NCBI GenBank assembly: GCA_051294375.1
Contig: CM119270.1
Span: 13,381,861 to 13,445,860, forward strand
DNA length: 64,000 bases
Source of the DNA: Paraspadella gotoi
Taxonomy: Eukaryota > Animalia > Chaetognatha
Direction of reading: 5' to 3'
Numbering within the stretch: the first letter of the stretch is position 1; every line of letters starts with the position of its first letter. Both the position numbers and the translations under genes were made by a program. Under the pieces are notes generated by a model, which was given only the letters and a program-made list of their open reading frames with translations, searched no databases and had not been told where the DNA came from. Shown piece by piece: positions 1 through 35,694 of this stretch.

Positions 1-659
1 AAGGGAATTTGATGGTTTTCGTTGTCGTTGTTGTATCTGTCGTTGTTGTTGTAGTCGTCTCTTGTTCAAACTGTCTCATTAACGGAGAAAATTATTATTA
101 CAAACTAAGAAGTGTACGTTAGTAGAGCCTTTAAACTTGAAGACAGGCCGAGAGAAAAAGCCATTAAAACTCTTTCTCTCTTTACGAGGTCAATTTAAAA
201 AAAAAGTATGAAAAAAGCTCATTAAAAAAAAAAGAAGTAAAATGTGTGAAAAAATCTCATTAAAGACAAAATAGAAAAAGAAAAGAGGAAAAAAGAATTT
301 AAAAAGGCCAAGAAACAAGAAAACAAAAGTTTAATCATGACATTTTAAAACGGTTATTTACTTTAATTAGGGGTTTAAATGGGTCACAAGTATTTTTTTA
401 AATACATCTTATTTATATAAAAGTACTTTGTTCTTAAAAGTCTATACAGGAAATAATTTTAAAGAGATACTCTCTGAACGCAATAGAATTTTATTTCGTT
501 CGGAGGGGAGACCCAAATTTTAATTTATTATCGCAATAAATTTAATAAAAAAAATATGCAGAATTGAGAATTTTTTCGCCTTCACTTTTCTCTACGCGCC
601 AAAATTTAAAAATGAAAAAAAAGTTTCGTCCTCAAAATGAAAGTTGGAATTCATTGAAT

Positions 660-1005
660 CGTCACGGACATTCAGTACGGGCTTTCAGTCCGGGCTTTCA
701 GTCCGGGNNNNNNNNNNNNNNNNNNNNNNNNNGGGCCATTCAGTCCCGAAATGAAAGTGGGAATTCAGTTGAATCGCTTACGGAACATTCAGTCGGGCTT
801 TTCAGTCCGGGCTTTTCAGTCCGGGCTTTTCAGTCCGGCTTTCAGTCCGGGGGCTTTCAGTCCGGCTTTTCAGGTCCGGGCTTTCAGTCCGGGCTATTCA
901 GTTCGGGCTTTTCAGTCCGCGGCATTCAGTCCGGGCTTTCAGTCGGGGCTTTCAGCCGGGGCATTCACTCCGGGCTTTTAGTCCGCGGCTTTTCAGTCCG
1001 GGCTT
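660..1005. repeat. 13-14 bp tandem minisatellite (GGGCTTT(T)CAGTCC)n, interrupted by an N gap at 708-732
   Basis: About 20 imperfect copies of tcagtccgggctt are directly visible; the ORFs over it are repeat artefacts. Confidence 0.9.
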
Positions 1006-1039
1006 TATATTATATATATTATATATATTAACCTACAGC

Positions 1040-2085
1040 AGCGTTGGAAAAATAACACAAAATATGAACAATCAACCTGAGGTACATAGCCCTATTTTGT
1101 GTAATGTAGTCTGTAGAATTTCGATGGTGATGACCATTTTTTTTTGTACTCATTTTCTATCCTTTCTCTGTCGCGATAATGACGGTTTTTAATTAATAAA
1201 ATTGTTATAAAATAGCAAATGCGATTATAAGTTATGCATAAATCAAATTATTTTAAAATTTCTATAAAATTTATATGAGCTTTTGCAACTATAAAAAATA
1301 AAGACTTATAAAAATATTTTGGTAAGGTTATTTCTATCATTTTATGTTTTTATTAAAAAGTTAGTTAACTATATTTATTAATAATTATGAGTAAAATTAG
1401 GGTTAAAGTTAAAAAATAATAATTTCAAAATTTTTTTCATGGATTTGCATTCCTTTGCAAAAAGCTTGCATATAAGAAAATATTAATTATTTATATCAAA
1501 CATTATCGTCATTAAGTGGGTCAACAAATTCAAGGAGAAAAACTTATAATTTTAAGCCAAAAAATTAATTAAATTAAACAAAAAATAATAGTTTTTAATA
1601 TTTTGTAACCTACTTAATGAAAGAATTTTTTAAAATGGATTATACTTTCTTATATGAAACTTTTTGTAAGGAATTCAAATCCGCCGGTTTTAAAATTTTA
1701 ATTTTTTTATTTTTCACTTTAGTTTATTTTTTTATTATTATTATTACACAAATATAGCTAACAAACTATTAATAAAATATAAAAAATTTGTAAATAAACT
1801 TACCAAAAATTATTTAATGGGTCTTTTATTTCATATTATGTAAGTTAAATTATAGCTTTTATAAAATCTTAATAATTTTGAGTTTCTTATACTCTACAAT
1901 GGCTTTTGCTCCATTTTTAAATAACACCTTATATGCTGCAAAAAAAATTCGCCATTTCGACAAAGAACGATAGACATATACAAAAAAAATGCGTTATATC
2001 ATCATCGAATTTCTACAGACTTTATTACAACTAAAATAAGCCTATGTACCTCACTTGATTTGTATATTTCGTATTCATTCAACGC
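1040..2085. mobile_element. ~1 kb AT-rich foldback/MITE-like element (imperfect palindrome centred near 1560)
   Basis: 1040-1145 (gcgttg...tgaggtacatag...gtctgtagaatttcgatggtgatg) is the reverse complement of ~1980-2085. Inner arms also match: ~1310-1480 against ~1645-1815. Confidence 0.7.
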
Positions 2086-2100
2086 CCTAAAACCTACATA

Positions 2101-2819
2101 ATATCTGTCTGAGAGTTTTTTGTCTTCAACTGTATCTCTCACCAATATTTATCTGTTGTCTTTTGACTTTTTTGTATATTTTCTGACTTTAAGTATGAAT
2201 GTATTTGTTTATTTTTGTTACTGAATCAAACTTGTTGCATATGGAATAAAACGCTTATTTGTTTCTGTCCGCCTTCCTTAAATTAGATTTTTTTTTTAAG
2301 TTTTTCGTGTTTAACTCGATCTCTCGTGTCTCCATCTCTCGTTCCTGTCTTCTTTATTTTTCTTCTTTATTTCTTCTTTATCTTCTTCTTTATTTTTCTT
2401 CTTTATTTTCTTCTTTATTTTCTCTTTATCTTCTTATTTCACCCGATTTCTCCATATTCCTTCCGGTTTTTCATACTTTCCTTTTTTTCTTCCTTTTTCT
2501 TTTTTCTTTCTTTTGTTATATCCACTTTTCTCTCTTTCGCTTCTTTGACTTACTCCGTTTCATCCTTTGGGCTGCGAGACCAGAAGAAAGCCTGCCTCGA
2601 GGTATCACCTTGAGTTCCCTTTAAGTTTCATCTCTCTCTCCTCTCTCCCTCTCTCTTCTCTCTCTCTCTTTCTCTCTCCTCCTCTCTCTCTCTCTCTCTC
2701 TCTTCTCTTTCGCAGTTGTCGTCATTCCTTTCGACTCTCGTTAGTCATCAATCGAGGGAATAATGAACAAATTCTGGCCGGACGATGGGGAATGAGAGCT
2801 CAAGACTTGGGCTAATTCG

Positions 2820-2899
<80 letters not shown>

Positions 2900-3344
2900 T
2901 ACCACTCTTTCCTGAAAAAAACAAAACTGATTAATTAGCCTCTTAATTGTGGTAATCATTAATGACCTTATTAAGAGGAACAACTATTTTGCAACTTTAA
3001 AAAAAAGTTTATAAAAACCAGATCTTAATTTAAATCTGGATTTGGTTCATTTTAAAATCAATTAAAAAAAGTAATGCAAAAAACATTATCTGTAAAAAAA
3101 ATTAAACTTCATCATGCCATATTCAAAAGTGAAATGTGTGGAACCAACAGAGAGCAGAGAGAGTCCAGGAGAGGAGAGAGAGAGAGAGAGAGGGGGATTG
3201 AAGAAGAAGCAGAAGTAAATGGCGCTCATGAAGCGAAACCCGTCGGTTGCAGATTCCTGTAACTATGAAGTCTCTTTGCGAATGATAGAGCCACACATCC
3301 CTTACCTTTCTCACTCTCTCTCTCTTTCTCTCTCTCTATCTCTT

Positions 3345-3377
<33 letters not shown>

Positions 3378-6300
3378 ACCCCTTGCCTTCATTCTTTGAC
3401 CTCAATTTGTTTTTGATTAAAGTCTGACCTCTTTGCTCTCGAGGAGAAAAAGGACTTCCTCCCGGATCGCAGAGAGGCCAGATCGGCTGGGTTCCCGGAT
3501 GAGGAGATCCACGATAGAGAGAGATAGAGAGAGAGAGAGAGAGACGGGAAAGCATAAACAAAAAAAATGAAAGCTTAATAAAATATTAGAAAACCAGTGT
3601 TTTTTAGCAAACACCTTACTAAATAAAGGCTTTTTCCCTCCATTTTCGAAAAATCTTACAAAAAAATAGAAAAAAAAAAGTTTCGTAAACCGAAGTTGTT
3701 AAGTTTTTTTTTTACAATGATTTGTAAATCATTTCTCACTTATCATATAAGCCCATGATTTGAGACCAATCATAAAACTAACATCCCTTCGGTGCGATCT
3801 CTCGATTCCTTTTCCTCTCCTCCCTCTACTCCCCCCACCCCTTCCTTCTTTTCCCCCCCCCCAAAACCCGTCTTCATCCAGCACCCGGATTCCTCGGCCC
3901 CGTCTTCTACGTCACACCGATCAACCGTCAGCGTCGGTGACGTCGCCTAAACTGGGCGTCTCCCCTACAAACGGATCCTGACGCCACGAACTCTACCCGA
4001 TCACTCCTCGACCGGGCGCAGGGCGTGAGGACAACTCTTTAATGATCGCATGGAATTTATTCGTTCGTTTTTTAGTTATTTTGATATTGATTGATTGGTT
4101 GCATTGGATTGACTAAATGTATAAATAAATTTAAATAAATAAATAATAAATAAATAAAATAGATAAATAAATATAATAAATAAATAAATAAATAATATAA
4201 AATAAATAAATTAAAATAAATAATGAAATAAATAAATAAATAAATAAAATAAATAAATAAATAAATAAATAAAAATAAAAAAATAAATAAAAAAAATAAA
4301 TTAAAAATAAATAAGAATAAATAACATAAATAAAATAAATGAATCATTTCATACATTTGATTGATTCATCATTGTTATACATTCAGTCATGGTCGCATTC
4401 ATTGCATCCAGTTATTCATCTTTCATTCATTCCTTCCTTTATCCCAGCGCCCTAAGCCCGGAAAGCGTTCGACGGAGCGACTTGGAGCCTCTCCCGTTCC
4501 GCGTTCGACGATCTCCTTAATCTGGTGCCAAGAGCCACCCCACTCTGTGAAGTTGCGGCGAAAAGCCATCTAAGCGCGGATCGTTGATCGAACGGACGCC
4601 AGGGCAAACTCGCTTCAGATTCGTTCAATTTCCCGTTATGGTGAGAGTACTGAGTAGTCGTAAGATCGGAAGATGTTCCGGCGGCGATGTGGTGCGGAAA
4701 TCTTTTTGTTAGGAGGGTTGATTCCTCTTCACAATTCGCGTCCCATCATTTTTTGTATTTTAAGGCCTTTTCTGCCATTTCTTCATTTTTGGAAGTGGAG
4801 TTTCCTTATTATTTTTTTTTTCGTATATACTAGTTAGTTTTTTTTTTTCTTCGGGTTTTTCATGTGTCTTTCATGTTTCTACTTTTTTTTTTCTTTCTAG
4901 TATTCTTCTTTCTTTCTGTCTTTCTTCCTCACTATCTTTTTAGTGTCTTAGTGCTGATTTCAAAAAGAGCCAAGTGTTACAGTTACGTTATTGTTAAGTG
5001 GTTTTTGTGAACGGGTCGCTGGGCAAGGATAGGCTGTAATTTTTGGAATAAATTTCATTCATTCGTATTCATTCTATAGTATAAAAACATTAATTTGAAT
5101 TTTTGTTAAAACCTCATTCTCACTATATCGACCTTCGTCCTGTAATCTCCACTGTCTAGTGGGAACGACTGCTCTTTCTGTTCTTACGGAAACTTACAGA
5201 AATGTCTTTCTTTATTACTTTCTATGTTGGCTGGATAATTAAATAAGAATAAATTTAACATTAAAAAAAACCCAGTTATTTCTTGTTCTGGTAATTTTAA
5301 GTTGATCTAATTTTTTAAATTTTGATCACGAAACCTGGATCATTGCAAGTTTGTAAACAACGACTTCGTCTGCCATTTTTTGAAGAGGCGAAAAGAGAAA
5401 GGTGGTAAGAGCAGCACTTAAAGCAGCAATCTTAATGTGATCGGGAAGAGGGCAAGATATTTCGGCTGGAAGAGCATCGCGGTAGCACATCGCATCTTCA
5501 TCTTACTGGCTTTTCATTATAAAATCGTTACTCTTCACATTTGGCTCTGTTTCTTCAATTTAATTCTGCCGAACAATTTAATCGATTTTGTTTTCAAGAA
5601 ACCCATCGTCGATTAAAACCCAAGTTTCTTTTTTATTGTTCCTGTTGTTTGGAAAAATTGACAAAAAAGCCTTTATTAGATAAATAACCCCAAAATCTAA
5701 TTTTCGACAACATTGATAGTTTTGTTTATTCGTATTTTTAAAATCAGTTTAATTTCCTGAATTTGTTTTCCATCCATTAGTAACAGCCTTGTGTAGTTTG
5801 ACTCAAGTGCACGAATATTTTTTACGCCAAAAAAATATTGCAAAATTCTAAAAGTATGCGAAGTGATGAAAAAACAACACTGCAGACTTTGTTCCCGAAG
5901 TGTTACAGAAGAAAAACCTTGACTACTGTAAAAAACTGAAGAAATAGAACGATCCTTCGTAAGCCACAGCTCGTCAATAAAATAGAAAACAATTCTTGAA
6001 ATCTCAGCCCTGAAAATGAAATTGAAAACGGGGGGACCTTAAAATCACTATGAAAATTGACAGTAATTAATTGCCCCTTAAATTCGATAGTCCGGAGGAA
6101 CTTCGCATTCCTCCTGAAAAATGAAGAGATGCAACATTTGATGAATTAAACTATTATTAATAAAAGAGGAAACCAATCCTGAAACTTCAGCCCTGAAAAT
6201 GAAATTAAAAAACGATTCTTTTAAACCTACTTGTCCAAAAATTGAAGTAACTAATGCCTTGAATTCATTAGTCGGAAAATGAGAAGATCCAACACTCGAT

Positions 6301-8197
6301 GAATTTAAACTGATATTAAAAAAGAATGAAAACACCATCTGTGAATAAATAGGAAAACAATCTTGAAAACTCTCAGCCCAGAAAATGAAATGAAAACGAC
6401 CTCGGAAACCACAATGTAAAATTGAAAAGTAATAGACGCCTGAATTCAATAAGTCCGGAGGGCCTTCGGCATCCCTTTCTAAAAATGAAAAAGACTGCAA
6501 CATTGATGGAAGTTTAACTATTATTTAAAAAGAACCGGGAAACACTTGGTACGGAGGAAAGATTTTGGGCCTCTAAGGTATTATGGGATATCAAACGGAA
6601 AACGAAACGCACTACAATGACGTGAAACCTGTGGTTAAAAAAGATGCACCGTACGATTAAACAAGTCATCCGGATGTAATCGATGGCGGCGAAAATGCCT
6701 ATTGAAACGAAACGATATATACTTTGGCCACCCATTTGTAGTTTTGAAACGTTTTTTCTAGGCGCGATTAAAACAACCATTTACGCGAGCATACACTATT
6801 AAAAACCACCCATGCAAGTTGTTGCGTCGATTTTCTCGGGTCAACGGGTCTTATGTTAAAGGCAACATAGAAAGAATCATAAAATCACCTTTGCCCATCT
6901 GCCCGGTTTTAACAACAGCGGTATCGAACCTGGGTCTCAGGGTGCAATGCCAGTTGCACGATCCCAAGGACCTTAATGAAGCCAGAAAAAGATTTACGCC
7001 TGCGGATAAGTTGCGATTTTAAATCCAAGCACATTATCATTTGAAAAACATTTGCTCTTACTCATGACCGAAGAAGTTAGAGAAAAACTTTGCCAAGATT
7101 TTTCTGTGCGAGCACTGTCTTTATAAAACGGACCGTATTATAGATTTTTTAAAAACACCAATAAACGGGTTCACATTGAGAACAAAAGCCCTAGCAGTGT
7201 GGAGAAGAAAGATCGGCTTCACGACCTGACTGAGGAAAAATGCAATGACGACGCGTAAAGAAAAAGTTAAAGTAATCGAGACAATCTCAAACAAATCGAT
7301 TCGAAAGACAAAATAGCGAAAGGGAAAATCTCGATTGGAAACGAAAAACCTTTTGTTAAGAAACAAAGAAAAACGCGATATCAAAATGGAAAGAGAACTA
7401 AATGCCGACAGGGAATTGAATCTGAGAAACAAAATTGGAAACGGAAACCGCCTTGCTTTATAGATGACATGTGTGTTTAAAGTCCGACAGATTTTGTCCC
7501 AAAAATAAATTTGATCATGCCAGTTAGCCTCTATTTTTTAATTGTAGTATGAAATTGGTTTTCTGAATATCATACAATACAACTGCTTCTTTATTTTTCT
7601 TTTGGTAGTTCCTTCTTTCATTTACTAAGCTCTATACTTGCTAACATAGCGAAATCATTTATTATCATAGCCAGTATTAATAATAAATTGGTATTTTATT
7701 AAGATGCGTGCTCTTAAACTGATTATTCTAGCGAAAGTTTTGAGAGATAAGACTGTTTTCTCTACTATTGCAACCACCAAAGCATGTTCCAACAGTCAGG
7801 GAACGAGATTAAGCTTATTTATCTAAATGAATGGGTAATTTCTTATATTGGTCTTGTACAATTTCATTAAAGTTAAAAACAGATGAAATGTTCGTTTTTT
7901 TCTAATTCATTAATAAACGGCAAGAAGAGTAAACAATATTAAAAATGAACGGCTAACTATTAAATCCATTGCCATTATCACGTCAGATCTTTACTCAAAC
8001 TAATTCTTTGCAAGCGCGCGTCTTGCAAATGTTAAGCTTCGACCGGGATCCTAGTCAACGGGATACCTTGAACGACGCTGTCGTTCCCGGAACGCGTCTC
8101 CACGGGCCTTCGCGTCGTATAGTCTTTGATGCCAGCCGGAAGAGGCGTGTCTCACGTGAGAGTGAACGACTGGAGAGTGATTATTGATTTTAAATGC
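2101..8197 (+). repeat. Copy 1 (indel-rich) of a ~6 kb tandem duplication
   Basis: Starts atatctgtctgagagtttttt like 8224 and ends ggagagtgattattgatttt like ~13960-13990. It is colinear throughout with many scattered 1-bp indels. Confidence 0.92.
5856..7355 (+). pseudogene. Frameshift-riddled duplicate of the C2H2 zinc-finger ORF at 11939-13375 (pseudogene or uncorrected read)
   Basis: Near-identical nucleotide sequence (e.g. QLHDPKDLNEARKR at ~6950-6990) with dozens of single-base indels. Confidence 0.75.
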
Positions 8198-9498
8198 ATG
8201 AGAGACATTGGATCTTCTCTCTTATATCTGTCTGAGAGTTTTTTTGTCTTAATTATCTCTCACAATTTATCTGTTTGTCTTTTTGACTTTTTTGTATTTT
8301 CTGACTTAAGTATGAATGTTTTGTTTGTTTATTTTTGTACTGAATCAAACTTGTTGCATTGGAATAAAACGCTTATTTGTTCTGTCCGCCTTAAATAAGA
8401 TTTTTTTTTTAGTTTTCGTTGTAATCGATCTCTCGTGTCTCCATTCTCGTTCCTGTCTTCTTTATTTTCTTCTTTATTTTCTTCTTTATCTTCTTCTTTA
8501 TTTTCTTCTTTATTTTCTTCTTTATTTTCTTCTTTATCTTCTTATTTCACCCGATTTCTCCATATTCCTTCCGGTTTTCATCTTTCCTTTTTTTTCTTCC
8601 TTTTTCTTTTTCTTTCTTTTTTTTATATCCACTTTTCTCTCTTTCGCTTCTTTGATTCTCCGTTCTCCTTTGGGAGACCAGAAAAGCCTGCCTCGAGGTA
8701 TACCTTGAGTTCCCCTTTAAGTTTTCATCTCTCTCTNNNNNNNNNNNNNNNNNNNNNNNNNNNNNNNNNNNNNNNNNNNNNNNNNNNNNNNNNNNNNNNN
8801 NNNNNNNNNNNNNNNNNNNNNNNNNNNNNNNNNNNNNNNNNNNNNNNNNNNNNNNNNNNNNNNNNNNNNNNNNNNNNNNNNNNNNNNNNNNNNNNNNNNN
8901 NNNNNNNNNNNNNNNNNNNNNNNNNNNNNNNNNNNNNNNNNNNNNNNNNNNNNNNNNNNNNNNNNNNNNNNNNNNNNNNNNNNNNNNNNNNNNNNNNNNN
9001 NNNNNNNNNNNNNNNNNNNNNNNNNNNNNNNNNNNNNNNNTAAGAGGAACAACTATTTTGCAACTTTAAAAAAAGTTATAAAAACCAGATCTAATTTTAA
9101 ATCTGGATTGTGGTTCATTTTAAAATCAATTAAAAAAAGTTAATGAAAAAAATTATCTGTAAAAAAATTAGAACATCATGCCCATGCATTCAAAGTGAAT
9201 GAGTGGAACCAACAGAGAGAGAGAAAGAGTGAGGAGACGATCAAGACTGAGATGGAGAGAGAGAGAGAAAGATTGAGAGAGATCGAGAGAGAGAGAAGAG
9301 ATGATGAATGATGGAGAGAGAGATAGATGAGAGGATTGAAAGAGAAGCCAGAAGTAAATGGCTCATGAAAGCGAACCGTCGCGTTGCAGAGTTCCTGTAA
9401 CTATGAAGGTCTCTTGCGAATGGACTAGAGGCCACACATCCCTACTCTTCTCACTCTCTCTCTCCTTCTCATCTCTCTATTCTCTTTCTCTCTCTCTC

Positions 9499-9553
<55 letters not shown>

Positions 9554-10326
9554 CTCTTCTCTCACCCCCTTTGCCTTCATTCTGTTGACCCTCAATTTTG
9601 TTTTCTGATTAAAGTCTGACCCTCTTTGTCTCGAGGAGGAAAAAGATTCCTCCCGGATCGCAGAGAGGCAGATCGCGGGTTTCCCGTATGAGGAGATCAC
9701 GAGAGAGACGAGAGATGAGAGAGGAAAGAGAGAAGAAGAGAGAGAGAGAAGAGAGAAGAAAGAGAGAGGAGAGAACGGGGAGAAAGATAAAAAAAATGAA
9801 AGCTAATAAAATATTAGAAAACCAGTTTTTTTAGCAAACACCTTACTAAATAAAGGCTTTTTCCCTCCATTTTCGAAAAATCGTACAAAAAATAAGAAAA
9901 AAAAAAGTTTCGTAAACCGAAGTTGTTAAGTTTTTTTTTACAATGATTTGTAATCATTTCTCACTTATCATATTAAGCATGATTTAGCCAATCATAAAAC
10001 TAACTATCCCTCGTGCTCTCTCGATTCCTTTTTCCTCTCCTTCCCTCTCTCCCCCACCCCTTACTCCTTCCCCCCCAACCCGTCTTCATCCAGCACCCGA
10101 TACAACGCCCCGTCTTCTTACTCACACGATCAAAGCGTCAGCCGCGGTGACCGCCTAAACCTGGCGTCGCCTACAACGGATCCACGCCCACGAACTCTAC
10201 CGGCCCACTCCTCGACCGGGGCGCAGGGGTGAGGACAACTCTTTAATGATCGATGGATTTATTCGTTCGTTTTTTAGTTATTTGATATTGATTGATTGAT
10301 TGAGTGATTGATTGATTGATTGACTG

Positions 10327-10492
<166 letters not shown>

Positions 10493-10592
10493 TGAATCAT
10501 TCATACAGTGATTCATTCATTCATTGATACATTCTGTCATTCATTCATTCATGCATTATTTCATCTTTCATTCATTCCTTCCTTTTTCCCAG

Positions 10593-30899
<20,307 letters not shown>

Positions 30900-31313
30900 A
30901 TATGAGGTGAGAAGCTGGTGATGTTTTATTTTTTAACCACAGCATTAATATCTAAACCAATAACGGCAGCCACAATGCAACACTTAAAATTATGCGTCTC
31001 TGTAAATATATACTAATATCTCGATCTTAATTTTTTTTTTGTTTTAAGTTTATTATTTTCCGTTTATTTCCCAGGACACTGATGCTGAAGTTTTCGCTTG
31101 AGAAAAAAAAAACTCTTTTGGCGTGGCTGCTCCTTCCCGTGATACTTTCAGCGCTACTCCGCATTCTTGTCTTCGCATAACCCGTGATAACTTCGCGTCG
31201 TGATTGTCACGCCGTGATTGTCACGCCGCGTTGCAGTCAAGTGGGCAGGCATCGTCGCCTTCGCATCTTCATTCGTTCAACCCTCCAGCGGGTTTTCGAC
31301 TTCTCATATCAAT

Positions 31314-31425
<112 letters not shown>

Positions 31426-31853
31426 ATTCTGCTAATGGAACCAAAACGCGAATTTCTCTCTTCCATCGTGGTTTTCTAAACAAACGACTTGAAGCTAAAC
31501 ATAAAAAAAAAACATAACAAAGACCAAAGTGCACAAAAAAACAAACAGAGGCGAAAATTTGACTCTTTTTATACAACGAGAATTTGTTTCCTCCTTTGAC
31601 TCCAACGCCTCCCCCCTTCCTCCCCCTCTCCCCAAAGCCCTTTGTACAGAAATGTGAGAGATTTTGTCTCGCTCTCACTCGCCCCCAATTCCCCACTTCC
31701 CCTCTCGCTCTCTCGCTCTCTTCTTGATGGCATTAATTTACGAAAAAAAATACAACAATACAAGCGAATCTTCTCGTGTTGACTTTTCCTCTCTTTTTTT
31801 TTCGGCCCCCGAAGAAATCGGAGAGAGAGAGGTCGTTTCGTCCACTCCACTCC

Positions 31854-31967
<114 letters not shown>

Positions 31968-32044
31968 CTCTCTCCTCTCCCTTTCTTTCTCCTTCTCGAA
32001 CGTGTTTCGATCCAGCTTTCACGGACAAAATCGCGCACCACTTG

Positions 32045-32182
<138 letters not shown>

Positions 32183-35100
32183 TCCTTCTCCCTTGACTCT
32201 CTTTACCCTAACCTAATCTACCGCCGCATGTTATAAAAACTAAGGAAAATCATTTTAGAAATAAAAAAAATAAAAAAACCCATTATGCTTCGTCGGTCCC
32301 CAACTAACCCCTCCGCTCGGTGGGATTTCATCGGGTATGGTGAAGCATATTTTCGGCACTCTCTCTCTTTCTCTCGTGACTGACGCTCGAAATAAACTCA
32401 CCTTCCCCTCGCTTTCGCTTTCTATTCTCTCNNNNNNNNNNNNNNNNNNNNNNNNNNNNNNNNNNNNNNNNNNNNNNNNNNNNNNNNNNNNNNNNNNNNN
32501 NNNNNNNNNNNNNNNNNNNNNNNNNNNNNNNNNNNNNNNNNNNNNNNNNNNNNNNNNNNNNNNNNNNNNNNNNNNNNNNNNNNNNNNNNNNNNNNNNNNN
32601 NNNNNNNNNNNNNNNNNNNNNNNNNNNNNNNNNNNNNNNNNNNNNNNNNNNNNNNNNNNNNNNNNNNNNNNNNNNNNNNNNNNNNNNNNNNNNNNNNNNN
32701 NNNNNNNNNNNNNTCTCTCAAATCAAGATGCGCCTGACTCACACTTTTTCCCCATATTTTATTCACACCTACACCAACCAAAAAAAACTGAAAAAAAAAA
32801 TTGACACAAGCGAAACTATGTAGTATGATTACGATTTAAAAAAAAGTGACTTTAGAAAGAGCTTAATCCATCCTCAACGAGTTTGTTTCTTCTCGCTCTC
32901 TACTCCCTTGTTCCCCATTTTTATTTATTTTTTTTTTCCCTAAACGATTTTTAGACAATGAATAGCGTCTTATATGCAAACAAAAATGTTTAAATGATTT
33001 GTGGTCTTTTCTCTAACTAAAGAAGGTATTTTTATTTGCGTTTTTGGACGGATAATGCCGAGTATAAATTGTGCTAAATTGTTCAAATCAACAGTATCTA
33101 CAGTGCGACGCTGATTTAACGGGGTGTAAGAGGTAAAATTGTTTTTTGACGTTTTTTGACGTCGCCAAACTTGGCAAATTTTAAATTTATTTTTAGAAAT
33201 TAGGTTTGTCTCGCGCTGATTGTAACCTAATGCCAAGATTTTGCATCGTACCCTTTACACTTAACACCTGGGTAGGTTAAATCGGTTATTTACTGTACTT
33301 TTTTTAAAAATTTGCTGTTTGAAAAAAAAAAGAATTTAAAAGCTAAGTTTGGCGATCTGTATTAAATAATTTTTATAATCAGTTTTAGATTTGTTTGTCT
33401 CATGTAGTAAAATCAAAAATTTGGTTGTAATATTTAGCAAAAAAAATTGCATGTCATCTACTCGTTACCTTTAAGGAGATGGACGTCAAAGATAACAATA
33501 ATGCAAATCAGGAAATTTAATTGCAGATTGAAATAAAAGTTTTTCTTTTCTGACATATTCAATTCTATTCATGTTTGCATTTAGTTTGATTCGTCCAATT
33601 ATTTCAACGCTTTGTGCTGTTCATGTGTGCTTTAATTTGAAAAATTGTTTAATTTGCTTATAATTGTTTAATCAGTAGTTTCGCACTGATAGTTTGAGAA
33701 AATGCTTCTTTGTAAGTTTTTCATACTGCTGTACAGACTTTTAAAAAACCTTATAATGGACTGGGTAGACGTAATGAATACAACAACAAATTCCATTTTA
33801 ACTAAATTGAATGTATTTAGTAGTAACTACAGTTTGTACCAGTTCATAAAAAACATTTTTTTCACTCTTTTAACTAATTACTCAACGTAATCAAGGTGCA
33901 ATAACAAATTTGGTCCATTTTTATTCTAAGATTTTTTCCGATAGTTTTTTTCGAGTTTTTTTTAACGAGATTATGCAATAATCTTTAATAACAAAAACGC
34001 TCGTTTTTCCCTAGCTTCCTAGTGTATAAAGAGAAATTAACTTAGATTTTGCGCTTAGAAAATACCCCGATCAACAACAAAAAAAAAAACAAACAAAAAA
34101 CAAAACTCCCTTTTTTAGTTTGAATTATTCTTATTTGGCGTGCGTATTTTTTGACATTTGGTTCGCGATCTACTCGATCCCCCAACCCCTCGCTTCCCCC
34201 CCTCCTCATCCCCTTCCTCCTTCTCTTCTTCCTCTTCCTCCCTCTACCGAGTTTTCTCATCTTTCTCTTCTTCTTCCTCCGAAACCGGTGACCAATAATT
34301 TGTGATGCATTTTCCTTTTTCCGCTTCGATTCGTAACGCATTTTTTAGGGGAGATCTCAAAACTGGTTTCGATTACTGTATCTTCAAATCTCCCTATTCT
34401 GTCCCCCCCTTTTCCCCACATTGCCCACTTTTACCCCTTTGGCTGTACGAGACGTTTTTTGCATCGTCGAGCTACGAAAATACAAAAAAAAACAAACAAA
34501 AACAAACAAAAAAAATAATAAGCGGTAGACGTTATTTCGTTGCATAACAAATTTCCGAGTCCATTCTTTCGTGTTACGAGTAATCATTGATAAATCGATT
34601 ATTTATTTAATGTTTAATTTTGATTTATTATTCTCATTCATAACCCCCGAATCTCTGATCATGAAACTGTACCCCTCTCTTCTCTGGTAATACCTGTCAT
34701 TCAATCATATGATTAAAGTTTGTTGTCAGTCACTACAAAGTTTTTGGTTTTTGCTTGACAGCCACGGACAGGTAGACATGGAAAAGCTTTAATTTAGTTT
34801 GGTCTGGTAGTAAAGCTTAGTTTATGGTAGAGCTTTTCTGGTCATGATTACGAGCATCGAAACGAACCTTTTGTCTCTTGGTTGTAAATGACAGTTCAGC
34901 GCGTAAGACCAAGTGATGGCGTTTCATGGCGCAATTGATAATCTGCCAGATCAAATACGATTTAAATACAATTCAGAGCAAACAGTGAAAGAGAGAGAGA
35001 GAGAAAATGGAAATGCGAGATATAACATTTAACCTCTGATTAAAATTCCGCAGAAAATAAATTTGCTAGATGCTAAAAATAACTTGATTTTTTTCTTATT

Positions 35101-35654
35101 ATGCTAAATATTATGACAAACTTTGTCCAATGCTGTAGAACGAAAAACCTTTAATTTTTTTCACATTTTGAATATGCCAGATTGTATGCTATATGCCAGA
35201 TCATTTTTTTACTGGCTAAATGCTCAGAAATTATGCCAGATCAGGCACTTAGTATGCTAACCAGAGTTTAACACTGTCACAAAACAAACCGAAAGCATTT
35301 TTTTGATTTTATTCTTTCTCCAAGTATAAAAGGGTAATAAAAAAATTACTTTAAATCGTAACTTTACGACACTGGACCAGTTCTGAACACTTATTATTAC
35401 CTATAGTAGTCGGCCAAACTAGATTTAGTGTTGTTCCTCATATTTTATTAGAACTAAATGATTAGTAAGATTTAAAACGGTGTCCGGTGAAAATCACTGC
35501 AATATGCAAATGATATTTACGACTTACCTCTCTCTCTCCCTCTCTCTCCTTTCTTTTTCGTAGACGAGTGAAGTCGTTCGTCATCGCGAAACCTGAATTC
35601 TGGGCGAAACTTGAGTTACGTGTTTTTCAGTTTCGTAGTTTGACGGACGTTGAC

Positions 35655-35694
<40 letters not shown>

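Noticed and set aside
564-1031. FQSG-repeat ORFs resembling FG nucleoporin repeats
   Set aside because: Translation of a 13-14 bp satellite with inconsistent unit length spanning an N gap.
34940-35277. Repeated (t)atgccagat motifs ending in ...gtttaacactg, like a hAT subterminal region
   Set aside because: No matching left terminus or TSD could be located, so no element boundaries are supportable.
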